Below are positions 28,401 to 38,300 of a stretch of 64,000 nt of DNA, piece by piece. Within the stretch, counting starts at the first letter, position 1; every line of letters begins with the position of its first letter. Position numbers and translations under genes: made by a program. Under the pieces are notes generated by a model. It searched no databases. It had not been told where the DNA came from and saw only the letters and a program-made list of their open reading frames with translations. Source of the DNA: an uncultured Solirubrobacterales bacterium (GTDB lineage Bacteria > Actinomycetota > Thermoleophilia > Solirubrobacterales > Solirubrobacteraceae); the NCBI GenBank assembly GCA_963808385.1, contig CAWEFQ010000008.1, positions 16,476-80,475 of the forward strand, read 5' to 3'.

Positions 28401-29196
28401 GCACGGCGGCGTGCGCCCGAATCAGCTCGGCCGAGCGCTCGGGCCGCTCCCAGTAGAACAGGTGGCCGACATCCTCAATGATCTCCAGGCGCGCGCCGGG
28501 TATGAGACCGGCGATCATGGGTCCGTTCTGGACCGGAATCAGCTCGTCGAGCGTGCCGTGGATGACGAGCGTAGGCAGCGCGATCTGGGGCAGGCGCGCC
28601 GAGGTGTCGTGTTCGGCGCCCGCGCGCAGCTGCTCCATGATCACCGCGACGGCGACGCGCCGGCGCAGGCCGATCTCCAGAAAGCGCGCCCAGGCATCGG
28701 GGTCGGCCGCGAAGCTCGGAGAGACGTTGACCTCCCAGGAGGCGCGGATCGCGCGTTCGCGATCACCCGAGGCCCTTCCCTCCCCGAGGCGCCGCAGGAT
28801 GTCTTCAGAGGGGAGCGCGCTGCCCTCGCCGCCGCAGTAGGTGCAGCCGAGCGTGAGCGTGCGGATGTGCTCTGGATGCGCGAGCGCGAGCTCCTGGGCG
28901 ACCATCCCGCCCAGCGAGATGCCAAGCACATGGGCCGAGTCGACATTGAGCGCCTCGAGCAGGCCCGCCGCGTCCTCGGCGAGCTCGGGGGTCGTGATCG
29001 GTCCCTCCAGGCGGGTGCTCGAGCCGACGCCGCGATGGTCGTAGACGATCGTGTCGAAGTCGCGGTGCAGATCCTCGAGAAACCCGGCGTTCCAATGAGA
29101 GAAGGTGCCACTCATCCCCATGATCAGCAGCAGCGGCGGCCCCGAGCCGGCCCGCTCGTAGCTGAGCTCGATCTCCCCGGCGCGGGCCAGCGGCAT
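28393..29196 (-). CDS. Alpha/beta hydrolase
   Basis: YDHRGVGSS, GISLGGMVAQ, HGTLDELIP, GH. Confidence 0.92.
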   Translation of the reverse strand: MPLARAGEIELSYERAGSGPPLLLIMGMSGTFSHWNAGFLEDLHRDFDTIVYDHRGVGSSTRLEGPITTPELAEDAAGLLEALNVDSAHVLGISLGGMVAQELALAHPEHIRTLTLGCTYCGGEGSALPSEDILRRLGEGRASGDRERAIRASWEVNVSPSFAADPDAWARFLEIGLRRRVAVAVIMEQLRAGAEHDTSARLPQIALPTLVIHGTLDELIPVQNGPMIAGLIPGARLEIIEDVGHLFYWERPERSAELIRAHAAVHA

Positions 29197-29205
29197 CGGT
29201 TGATC

Positions 29206-30390
29206 CTATACCTGCAACGACAGCTGATCCAGCGGCGCATCGCGCGAGCCCGATGCGCCGGAGTCCTCGCCCGAGACTTCCCCAGAGCCCGTGGTCCCAT
29301 CCCACTGCCCCCCACGATCACCGGACCCCACACCGCCAGGCCCGGGTGCGGCGCAAGCATCAGAGGTCAGTCCCGCGACCCGCACGCCTAGCAGTCGCAC
29401 CGGGCGCGGGGGCGCATACTCGGCCAGCAGGCCCAGCGCGACCGCCGTTACCAGCTCGACATCGTTGGTGGGCGTCTCGACCGTGCGGGCGCGGGTGGCG
29501 GTGGTGAAGTCGTCGAGGCGAACCTTGATCCCGATCGTACGCCCGCTGCGCCCGTGCGCGATCAGGCTCGTGCACAGCTCGTCAGTCATCGTCATCAGGC
29601 ATTCGCGCAGGTGGGCGGGATCGGCGACGTCGTAGTCGAACGTCCGCTCGCGCGACTCCGAGACGACCTTGCGCGCGGCGCCCACGACGCCGTCGTGTTC
29701 GAAGCGCGCGCGGCGGCCCAGCTCGACCCCGAGATTCGGGCCGAACCGCTCGACCAGCACGTGCTCGGGCGCGGCGCCGACATCTTTGAGCGTCGTCAGC
29801 CCCAGTGCCGCCAGCCGGGCCGCGGTCTTCGGGCCGATCCCGGGCACGAGCCCTGGTGGGGACTGTGCGAAGCGCGCGCACGCCTGCTCACGTGTGAGTA
29901 CGACGAACCCCGCGGGCTTCTCCGCATCGGAGGCGACCTTCGCGACGAGCTTGTTCGGGCCGATCCCGGCCGAGCACTCAAGCTCCGTCCTGTCCCTGAT
30001 CTCCGCGACGAGCCGGCGCATCGCCGCGCGCGGGGAGAACAGCCCGCTCAGGTCGAGATACGCCTCGTCGAGGCCGATCACCTCGACCCGCTCGACGTGC
30101 GCACGTACGATGTCCATCACCTGCCGCGATGCCTCCCTGTAGGTGGGAAAGTCCGGTGCCAGCACGACCGCCTCCGGGCACAGCCGCCGGGCCTTCGCCG
30201 CGGGCATCGCCGATCCCACGCCGTAGCGCCTGGCCTCGTAGCTGGCGGTGGTCACCACCGCACGCGGGCCGCTCCCCGCGACGATCACCGGTTTGCCCTT
30301 CAGCTCGGGATGGCGCCGCAGCTCGATCGAGACGTAGAAAGCGTCGCAATCGACGTGGGCGGTACTCAACTCGGAGGATTCGATGGACAC
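29206..30390 (-). CDS. dinB: DNA polymerase IV
   Basis: HVDCDAFY, TASYEAR.YGV.SAM, GLDEAYLD, NKLVAKVASD.EKP. Confidence 0.95.
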   Translation of the reverse strand: MSIESSELSTAHVDCDAFYVSIELRRHPELKGKPVIVAGSGPRAVVTTASYEARRYGVGSAMPAAKARRLCPEAVVLAPDFPTYREASRQVMDIVRAHVERVEVIGLDEAYLDLSGLFSPRAAMRRLVAEIRDRTELECSAGIGPNKLVAKVASDAEKPAGFVVLTREQACARFAQSPPGLVPGIGPKTAARLAALGLTTLKDVGAAPEHVLVERFGPNLGVELGRRARFEHDGVVGAARKVVSESRERTFDYDVADPAHLRECLMTMTDELCTSLIAHGRSGRTIGIKVRLDDFTTATRARTVETPTNDVELVTAVALGLLAEYAPPRPVRLLGVRVAGLTSDACAAPGPGGVGSGDRGGQWDGTTGSGEVSGEDSGASGSRDAPLDQLSLQV

Positions 30391-30707
30391 TCTCAGGCGA
30401 ATCTAGCGCTGGAGGCGGCGGTCCTGTCAGCGGTTTCAAGCCTGTAACCTGCAGGGATGCGTCGGTAGACTTTGTTCATGGCGACGATGCCCAGGCCGAC
30501 ACGACTTCAGCCCGGGACCTTCAAGCGGCTCACCGAGGACGCCGCACGCCACCACGAGGATGTCGACAGCGCCGCGAATGGCGCGGTGCGCTCGACACTG
30601 CGCCGCCGTCGAAAATCATGCTTCCCTCCTAGCTTGCTTGACCGTGTGTTTGAACCCTACGCCAAAATCGACACTCCCGCGGGTTTGCTCATGGCGAGGC
30701 TCTGCGA

Positions 30708-31682
30708 TCAGTCGCCCGGCGCCCGGCTGGCGGACCCTCCTGCGAACCGAGCACCGGCTCGAAGGAACGCCTCGATCAGGTGAGCACCATCCCGGGTGAG
30801 CGATCCGTGCGGGTGCAGGATGCAGAAGCGCCGACGGAAGCGCAGGCCGGCCACGGGCACGATCTCCAGCCTGTCGGCGGGCGAGAGCGCCATCCGTGAC
30901 ATCACGGCGGGCATGCCGAGCTCGTGGGCCTCGTCCTTGGCGGCCTGTGTGGAGCCCACTTCGCACACGGCCTGCAGCATCCCGAGCCGGTGCTCGTCCA
31001 ACGTCTCATCGATCACCTGGCGTGTATGGGCGCCGGGGTCGCGCAGCACGATGGGGGTGCTCAGCAGCTCGCGCGGGGAGATCGAGCGGCAGCGCGACCA
31101 GGGATGTCCGAGCGGCACCGCAACGACGATCTCGTCGTCGGTGAGCGCGATGTTCACCGCGTCCGGGATCACCTCCTCGCTCATGCATGCGGCGACCCCG
31201 AGGTCGGCGTGCGCGGAGAGGACCATCTCCTTGACCACGCGGGAGTTGGCGATGAGCACCTCGACTGGCGCGCTCGTCTGACGGTGCATCAGGACCAGCG
31301 CCCGCGGCATCAGGAACTCCGCCGCCGTGTGGCTGATGGCCAGGCGAACCGTCGGGGCGCTGGCGCGGATCTGCGCGAACGCGGCCATCAGATCGTGCAT
31401 GTCGGCCAGCAGGCGGCGGGCGTGTGGATACAGGCGCTCGCCGGCCGTCGTCATGCTGACGCCCTGTGCCGAGCGCTCCAGCAGCGCCACGCCCAGCAGT
31501 CGCTCGAGCGACTTCAGGCGCCTGGAGACCGCGGGCTGTGTCAGGTGCAGCCGCTGGGCCGCACGACCGAGGCTGCCGAGATCGGCAGCCGTACAGAAGG
31601 TCAGCAGCTCATCGAGCTGCGGATCGCGCAGAGGACGGGAATCGGCTGCCACGCGCGGCCCGCCCTGTTGATCCATGTTCAT
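30708..31682 (-). CDS. LysR-family regulator
   Basis: SLGRAAQRLHLTQPAVSRRLKSLE HTH plus substrate-binding domain (LRDPGAHTR). Confidence 0.92.
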   Translation of the reverse strand: MNMDQQGGPRVAADSRPLRDPQLDELLTFCTAADLGSLGRAAQRLHLTQPAVSRRLKSLERLLGVALLERSAQGVSMTTAGERLYPHARRLLADMHDLMAAFAQIRASAPTVRLAISHTAAEFLMPRALVLMHRQTSAPVEVLIANSRVVKEMVLSAHADLGVAACMSEEVIPDAVNIALTDDEIVVAVPLGHPWSRCRSISPRELLSTPIVLRDPGAHTRQVIDETLDEHRLGMLQAVCEVGSTQAAKDEAHELGMPAVMSRMALSPADRLEIVPVAGLRFRRRFCILHPHGSLTRDGAHLIEAFLRAGARFAGGSASRAPGD

Positions 31683-31879
31683 CTGTTATCGCCTGCCTGC
31701 GCAGAGCGTATGACTTTCACGAGCGTCGAGGCGATCTCGCGGCGCCGGGATGCAACTGTCAGCGCAGTGGGAACACGCCATCGCCAGGTCACGCTATACG
31801 CGCCGCGATGCACGTTTATCCGTGCGCTCTACGGGGCGGGCACGCGTAAAAACCCCGGACCGATCTAGGATCGTCGCAG

Positions 31880-32050
31880 ATGCAGCAGCTCAACCTGCCG
31901 GCGAGCCCGCCCGCAAGGCTCGTGGACATGGATGCCTACTACACGCACATCTGGCGCGGTCGCCCGTCGGAGCCACAGCGACTGCACGGACTGGCCGATC
32001 TCGTCCTGGCCGCGGCCGGACGAGCGCGATCGGAGGCGAGCTTGGCATGA
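31880..32050 (+). CDS. 56-aa micro-ORF resembling the N-terminal segment of coproporphyrin ferrochelatase (HemH/CpfC)
   Basis: Hand translation MQQLNLPASPPARLVDMDAYYTHIWRGRPSEPQRLHGLADLVLAAAGRARSEASLA*; stop overlaps the hemY ATG; below the ORF-track size cut-off. Confidence 0.6.
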   Translation: MQQLNLPASPPARLVDMDAYYTHIWRGRPSEPQRLHGLADLVLAAAGRARSEASLA

Positions 32051-33576
32051 GCGGCGCCGGTCTTGTGAACGGCAGCGTGCGATCCGCGCGGGGCGAGCTG
32101 GGCGCCAATATCCGTGAGGGCGAGCGTCACGTCGCGGTCATCGGCGGCGGAATCGCCGGCCTGGCCGCCGCGCACGCGCTTCTGCAGCGCGCCGATCCGC
32201 CCGTCAGGGTCACGCTGCTGGAGGCGACCCGGCGCCTTGGCGGCAAGATCCGCACCGAGTCGATCGCCTCCCATCGCATCGACGTCGGCGCCGAGTCGCT
32301 GATGGCGCGGGTCCCGGCGACGATCGAGCTCTGCCGCGAGCTCGGCCTCGAGCACGAGCTGATCGCGGCCCGCGAGATGAGCAGCAGCGTCTGGACGCAT
32401 GGCCGCATGCGCCCGCTTCCCCCCGGCATCCTCGGGGGGCTGCCGCAGGGCCTGCGCCCGGTGCTGGGATCCCGGATCCTCTCCGCCACCGGCGTGGCGC
32501 GCGCGGCGCTGGATCTGCTGCTGCCGGCCTCGCCAATGGACGGCGACCGGTCTGTCGGGGAGATCGTCGCTCGCCGGCTCGGCGGCCAGACGCTGGACCG
32601 GCTGGTCGACCCGCTGCTGGGCACGGTCTACGCCGCCGACTGCCACGCGCTCTCCGCACGCGCAACCGCGCCTCAGATCGATCGCATCGCACGCGAGCAC
32701 CGCAGCCTGATCCGTGGCCTGCGCGCCGAGAGGCGCCCGGACGCGGCCGAGCCCGACCCGCGCCCGCTGTTCGTCACCCTGCCCGGTGGACTGCAACGAC
32801 TCGTGCAGCGTCTTGCGCAGGAGCTGGGGAATGCCGGACAGGCGAAGGTCGAGGAGCGCCTGGGCGTGCGCGCGGGCCGGCTGGAGCGCGCGGCCGGCGG
32901 GCGCTACCTGCTCGGCGTCTGCGACGGCGACGAGCCGCTGCTCCTAGACGGCGTGGTGATCGCGGCTCCCGCCGATCAGGCGGCGATCGTGCTCGACGCC
33001 ATCGCCCCGCTCGCCGCGACGCGCCTGCGCTCGATACGCTACGCCTCGACCGTGGTCGTCACGCTGCGCTACCCCGGCTCGGCGGCGTCGCGCCCGCTGC
33101 CGGGCGCCGGATTCCTCGTGCCGCAGAGCGAGCGCCGGCTGCTCGGCGCCTGCACCTCGCTGTCGGCGAAGTGGCCGCACCTGGCCGCCACCGGGGATCT
33201 CTGGCTGCGCTGCTCGGTCGCGCACGCAAGCACAGCCGGCGCGCTCGCCATGGACGACGAGGCGCTGCTCGCGCGCCTCGCCGGGGAGCTGCGCGAGGCG
33301 ATCGGGCTGCGCGGCGACCCGATTGACGCGCACGTCACGCGCTGGAGGCGATCGCTGCCGCGGTACGAACCCGGGCACCTCGACCGCGTCGAGCGTATCG
33401 AGGAGCAGATCGCACAGCTGTCCGGCGTGGCGCTGGCGGGCGCCGCCTACCGCGGCATGGGTGTGCCACAGTGCATCGCGCAGGGCAGAGCCGCGGCAGA
33501 GCGGGTGCTGGGAGAGCTGCGCGACCCCACGTACCTGACGATCGACTCCGGTCCGGCGTGCCTGCCCGCGCGATGA
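32047..33576 (+). CDS. hemY: Protoporphyrinogen/coproporphyrinogen oxidase (HemY/CgoX)
   Basis: VIGGGIAGLAAA, RLGGKI, DVGAES, LPRYEPGH, GMGVPQCIAQG. Confidence 0.92.
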   Translation: MSGAGLVNGSVRSARGELGANIREGERHVAVIGGGIAGLAAAHALLQRADPPVRVTLLEATRRLGGKIRTESIASHRIDVGAESLMARVPATIELCRELGLEHELIAAREMSSSVWTHGRMRPLPPGILGGLPQGLRPVLGSRILSATGVARAALDLLLPASPMDGDRSVGEIVARRLGGQTLDRLVDPLLGTVYAADCHALSARATAPQIDRIAREHRSLIRGLRAERRPDAAEPDPRPLFVTLPGGLQRLVQRLAQELGNAGQAKVEERLGVRAGRLERAAGGRYLLGVCDGDEPLLLDGVVIAAPADQAAIVLDAIAPLAATRLRSIRYASTVVVTLRYPGSAASRPLPGAGFLVPQSERRLLGACTSLSAKWPHLAATGDLWLRCSVAHASTAGALAMDDEALLARLAGELREAIGLRGDPIDAHVTRWRRSLPRYEPGHLDRVERIEEQIAQLSGVALAGAAYRGMGVPQCIAQGRAAAERVLGELRDPTYLTIDSGPACLPAR

Positions 33577-34436
33577 CCCCGGTCGCCGTCGTCTCCGACA
33601 CCACGCATTATCTCCCCAGAGAGCTTGCGGACAGGCGGGGAATCCACCAGGTCAGCCTGTATGTCGGCTGGGACGGCGAGCTGGAGCGAGAGATCCAGAT
33701 GCACAGCTTCGAGCGGTTCTACGAGCGTTTGCGCACCGACCCGCAGCTGCCCAGCACCTCCCAGCCCTCGATCGGGGATTTCCTCGCGGTCTGGGAGCCG
33801 CTCATCGAGGCGGACATGGACATAGTCTCCATACACCTCGCCTCTGGCCTCTCGGGCACCTGCGACGCGGCACGGCAGGCGCGCGAGCTGTTGGAGAGGC
33901 GCGGCCTGGGAGGCCGTATCGAGGTGATCGACGGTGAAACCGGCGCCGGCGGGCTGGGCTGCCTGCTGCTCGCGGCGGCGGCGTGCGCCCAGTCCGGCGC
34001 CGAGCTGAGGGAGGTGGTCGCGCGCGTGCACGAGGCGCGCGAGCGGCTGAGGATCCGGTTCTGCATCGACACCCTCGAGTACCTGCATCGTGGCGGGCGC
34101 ATCGGCAAGGCGCAGGCGTGGCTCGGCAGCACCCTGAAGATCAAGCCGATCCTCTCGTTCGAGAGCGAGATCATCCCGGTCGAGCGGGTGCGCACCGCCG
34201 GCCGCGCGTTCGAGCGCCTCGTTGAGTACATGCGCGAGCTGCAGCGCGACGGGAACGACGGCTGGGCCGTTCAGCACATCCTGGCGCCAGATCAGGCCGG
34301 GCGTCTGGTCGAGCGTGGGCGCGACATATTCGACTCCGATCCGCTGTTCGTCTCCGAAGTCGGCCCGGTGATCGGCACCTACATCGGCCCCGGCGGGCTG
34401 CTGCTCGCCGCGATCCCACGGGCGGCTGTCGCCTAG
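33573..34436 (+). CDS. DegV-family fatty-acid-binding protein
   Basis: PSTSQPS, HLASGLSGT, TLEYLHRGGRIG, LKIKPIL, HIG-like TYIGPG. Confidence 0.93.
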   Translation: MTPVAVVSDTTHYLPRELADRRGIHQVSLYVGWDGELEREIQMHSFERFYERLRTDPQLPSTSQPSIGDFLAVWEPLIEADMDIVSIHLASGLSGTCDAARQARELLERRGLGGRIEVIDGETGAGGLGCLLLAAAACAQSGAELREVVARVHEARERLRIRFCIDTLEYLHRGGRIGKAQAWLGSTLKIKPILSFESEIIPVERVRTAGRAFERLVEYMRELQRDGNDGWAVQHILAPDQAGRLVERGRDIFDSDPLFVSEVGPVIGTYIGPGGLLLAAIPRAAVA

Positions 34437-34437
34437 A

Positions 34438-34482
34438 GCGGTAGTGCTCGCGCGCGGTGCTCGCGCGCGGTAGTGCTCGCGC
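34438..34482. repeat. Short imperfect tandem repeat GCGGT(AGT)GCTCGCGC x3 between convergent genes
   Basis: Units 34438-34453, 34454-34466, 34467-34482. Confidence 0.7.
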
Positions 34483-34523
34483 CAGATCGGCTTGTGGATG
34501 GGAGTGGCCTCGCCGCCCGCCCG

Positions 34524-35273
34524 TCACTGCTTGCGTGCGCGCCCGCGGACGATCTCCCGGCCGAAGGCGACCTCGACGGCCTTGCTCATCGTGGGTCCGA
34601 AGGCGGCGGTGAGCGCCTCGGAGGCGAGCGGGCGCAGCTGGTCGAGCGCCGCGCGCACCTGGGGCCAGTCGGACTCGGGCCGGCCGGCGTCGTCGAATGG
34701 CTTCCAGATGTACTCCAGGAACATCTGCACGAACGTCTGCGCGATGCGTTGGGTGTCGCGTCTGAGCTTGTCCATCATGTCGAGCGCGGCGTCGAGGGGG
34801 ACGCCCAGAGCGACCAGCCGCTCGCCGGCGGACAGCAGGATCGGGCTGGGAACTTCGAAGCTGTCGTCTGTGATCGCGATCACGAGGCCGAGTCCCTCGG
34901 CCTTGGCGATGAGGCCTTCCTCGATGTTGCCGCCTAGGCGCGCCAGCAGGTCGTCCCGTCCGACGATCTCGGGGGCCTCGGTCTCGAACGGGGTCATCAG
35001 CGAGCGGGTGAAGCCGAGAACCTGCTCGCTGGAGCCGGAGGCCTGCTCCAGGAGGTGGGCGATCGCGGCGAGGTTGAACCCCTGGGCCTGCATCTCGCGG
35101 ATCAGCTGCAGCCGCGCCAGATGCTCAGCAGCGTAGTAGCCGACCCTGCCCTGTACCTGCGGTGGCGGGATCAGGCCACGCGACTGGTAGCTGCGCACGT
35201 TGCGCACCGTCAGCCCGGTGGTGTGGGCGAGCTCGTCGATCGTCAGCCGCTGCTCGGCCTGCGCCTCCGTCAT
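34524..35273 (-). CDS. MerR-family regulator
   Basis: LTIDELA..GLTVRNVRSYQSRGLIPPP..GRVGYY..HLARL. Confidence 0.92.
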   Translation of the reverse strand: MTEAQAEQRLTIDELAHTTGLTVRNVRSYQSRGLIPPPQVQGRVGYYAAEHLARLQLIREMQAQGFNLAAIAHLLEQASGSSEQVLGFTRSLMTPFETEAPEIVGRDDLLARLGGNIEEGLIAKAEGLGLVIAITDDSFEVPSPILLSAGERLVALGVPLDAALDMMDKLRRDTQRIAQTFVQMFLEYIWKPFDDAGRPESDWPQVRAALDQLRPLASEALTAAFGPTMSKAVEVAFGREIVRGRARKQ

Positions 35274-35396
35274 CGCGTAAGCATACCGTGGATAAACGGT
35301 ACACCAGTTTATGTAACTCTATTCTATGGTACGGTGTATGCCGATACGTCTAACCGATACGTCGTTTCCTGCGGCGATCGCAATCAGGAGGCAGCA

Positions 35397-38300
35397 ATGA
35401 GCAGGCCAAGTGAGCCGGCCGGTACCGTTTCGAAGCGGCGATCGTGGTCGATCCTGATCGCCTGGACAGCGGCGATCGTCGTGCTCGCGTTCCTCGGCGG
35501 GGGCCTGGAAGACCGGCTTGCGCCGATGTCCCTGGCAGTGCCCGGCACGCCGTCCTCGCGAGCCGAAGCGATGCTGGCCAGCGAGTTCGGCAACACGGTT
35601 CCGATCGCCGTCCTGCTGCGCGGCCCGCCCGCGGAAGTCGACCGCCAGGGCCAGCGGCTGACGGCCGCGCTGAGAGCGATCAAGCAGGTCCAGGTGCTCT
35701 CGCCCTGGGATGGGGCGGTCACAGCGCACGGGTCGAGCATGGCGCGCTCGCTGCGCCCTCACCCCGGGAGCGCGTTCGTGCTCGTCAACTTCATCCGGCC
35801 CGCGAGTCGCGCCACGGCGGTGGTGCCGAGCACCGAAGCCGTGATCGCCCGCACTGTGCACGACCCGGTGCGCAGCTACCTGACCGGTGTCGCGGTGATC
35901 GGGCGTGCGATTCAGAACACCACGATGAGCGACACCGAGCGGGCCGAGATGATCGCCCTGCCGGTGCTGATCCTCGTGCTGCTGCTCGTCTTTCGCTCCC
36001 CGGTGGCCGCCGCCGTGCCGCTGGCGATGGGCGCCGCGACCGTGATGGCCGGCCACGGCCTGCTGTGGCTGGCGAGCTTCCTGACGCCGATCAACTCGCT
36101 GGGAGTCGCGATCGCCGCGATGATGAGCCTCGCCCTCGGCGTCGACTACGCCCTGCTGATGGTCTCGCGCGTACGCCAGGAGCTCGCCGCCGGCTGGGAC
36201 CACGAGGCGGCCGTGGCGATCGCGGCTCGCACCGCCGGGCGCACGATCGCCGCGGCGGGCGGCACGCTCGCGCTGACGATGCTCGCCGCGAGCAAGGTCG
36301 CGACGCCGGGGCTGCTCGGGCCCGTGGCGATCGGAGTCGTCATCTCGGGCCTGCTGAGCGTCGCGCTGGCGCTCAGCGCGATGCCGGCGCTGCTGCGCCT
36401 GCTCGGCCCGCGTCTGAACCGCTGGGAGATCCGGCTCACCCGCTCCCCCACCGCGGGGCGGCGCAGCCGCGCGGGAAGATTGGCGGATCGGCTGATCGCG
36501 CACCCCGCGATCACGGTCCCGCTGCTCCTCGCCGGGATGCTCGCGCTGGCGGCTCCCGCCGGTGCGCTGCGCATGGGTCCGCCGTCCGCGGCGGAGCTTC
36601 CCGCCTCGGATCCGGCGCGTATCGCGATGGGGATGGTCGAACGCACGATCGGACCGGGGTGGTCGGCGCCCTTCGTCATCGTGGCCAGCGCCGACAGCGG
36701 CGCGATGACCACCACCCAGCGCATCGACGCACTCGCGCACTGGCAAGAAGCGATCGCCCGCGAACCTGACGTGGCCGCGGTGCTCGGGCCCGCGTCGGTC
36801 GCGGGCGCCCAGCGCGAGCTCGCCGAATCCCACGCCGCGCTCGCCTCCGCGCCGGGGCGCCTGGAAGGCGCTCAGCGCGGGATCAAGGGCCTGCGCTCGG
36901 GACTGAGCCACGCAAGCGACGGTGTCGCCGCACTGCGCAGCGGCCTCGCCTCGGCCGCAAACGGCGCGGGCTCGCTCGGTCGCGGCACCGGACGCGCCGA
37001 GAGCGCCAGCGAACGCCTGGCGAACGAAACCGCCCGCGCGCATGCCGGTGCCGGGCGACTGGCGAACGAAACCGCCCGCGCGCACGCCGGCGCCAGGCGA
37101 CTGGCGAACGAAACCGCCCGCGCGCACGCCGGCGCCAGGCGGCTCGCCTCCGAAGCCGGCCGCGCCGGCAATGGCGCGAAACAGCTGCAGACGGGCGTCG
37201 TCCAGGCGGCGACGGGATCGGCCCAGCTCGCGAACGGGATCGACGAAGCCGCCGCGGGCGCCGAAGCACTGGCCAGCTCCGACGGAGCGCTCACGACCGG
37301 CGCGGCGCAGCTGGCGCAGGGCATGGACACGCTCGATAACACCGTACACACGGTCCTGGCGCCGATCGAGGCGCTCGCCGAACAGCTTCACGCCTGGGCC
37401 GGCTGGATCGTCACGTTGCAGGCCTCCGATGAACAGTTGCGCACCCGGACGAGCGAGGCGATGCGCGAACTGGAAGCGATGACCGTCGGCCGCAGCGACC
37501 CACGGTATAAGGCGCTCGCGCAGGACCTCGCCGCGGTCACGCAACTGATCGAACAGAACGGCCTCTCCCAGCTCGCCCGCATCCAGCAGCAGCTCTCCCA
37601 CTGCCTGGAACGGCTCTCCGAACTGCCGGCCGAGCTCTCCCAGCTGACCGCCGGCCTGGATCAGCTGCGCTCGGGAGCCGACCGGCTCGCCACCGGCACG
37701 CGTGAATCCGAAGAAGGCGCGCTCAGGCTCGATTCCGCCCTGCACAGACTGGCGGCGGGCGGACACACCCTCAGCGGCGGGCTCGCCGGGCTGAGCGGTG
37801 GAGCGGGCCAGCTCGCCACCGGGCTCGGCAAGCTCGCAGGCGGCAACACCCAGCTAGCCACCGGGCTCGGCAAGCTCGCGGGCGGCAACACCCAGCTAGC
37901 CACCGGGCTCGGCAAGCTCGCGGGCGGCAACACCCAGCTCGCTGGCGGGCTCGGCAAGCTCGCTGGCGGCAACACCCAGCTCGCCGGCGGGCTCGGCAAG
38001 CTCGCGGCCGGTGACGCACAGCTCACGAGCGGTCTGTCTGGGGCCGACAGCCAGACCGGCCGGCTCGCCACCGGGCTCGCCGGTGCTGGGCAGCCGCTGC
38101 GGAGCTACGCGTCGATGCTGAACGGCTACCAGCAGGACTACCGGCTGCTGCACACAGACTCCCCGAAAGCGCTCGACTCCGGCTACCTCGTGCTCACCGC
38201 GCTCGACGGCACCGTCTCACCAACGCGCGAACAGGTCGCGCAGCTGGTCAACGTCGACGGCGGCGGTCAGGCCGCGCGCATGATGGTGATCGCCTCGAGC

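Noticed and set aside
30391-30470. LexA box upstream of dinB
   Set aside because: No convincing CGAAC-N4-GTTCG match
30472-30783. 103-aa ORF between dinB and lysR
   Set aside because: No motif or SD, and it overlaps the lysR 3' end
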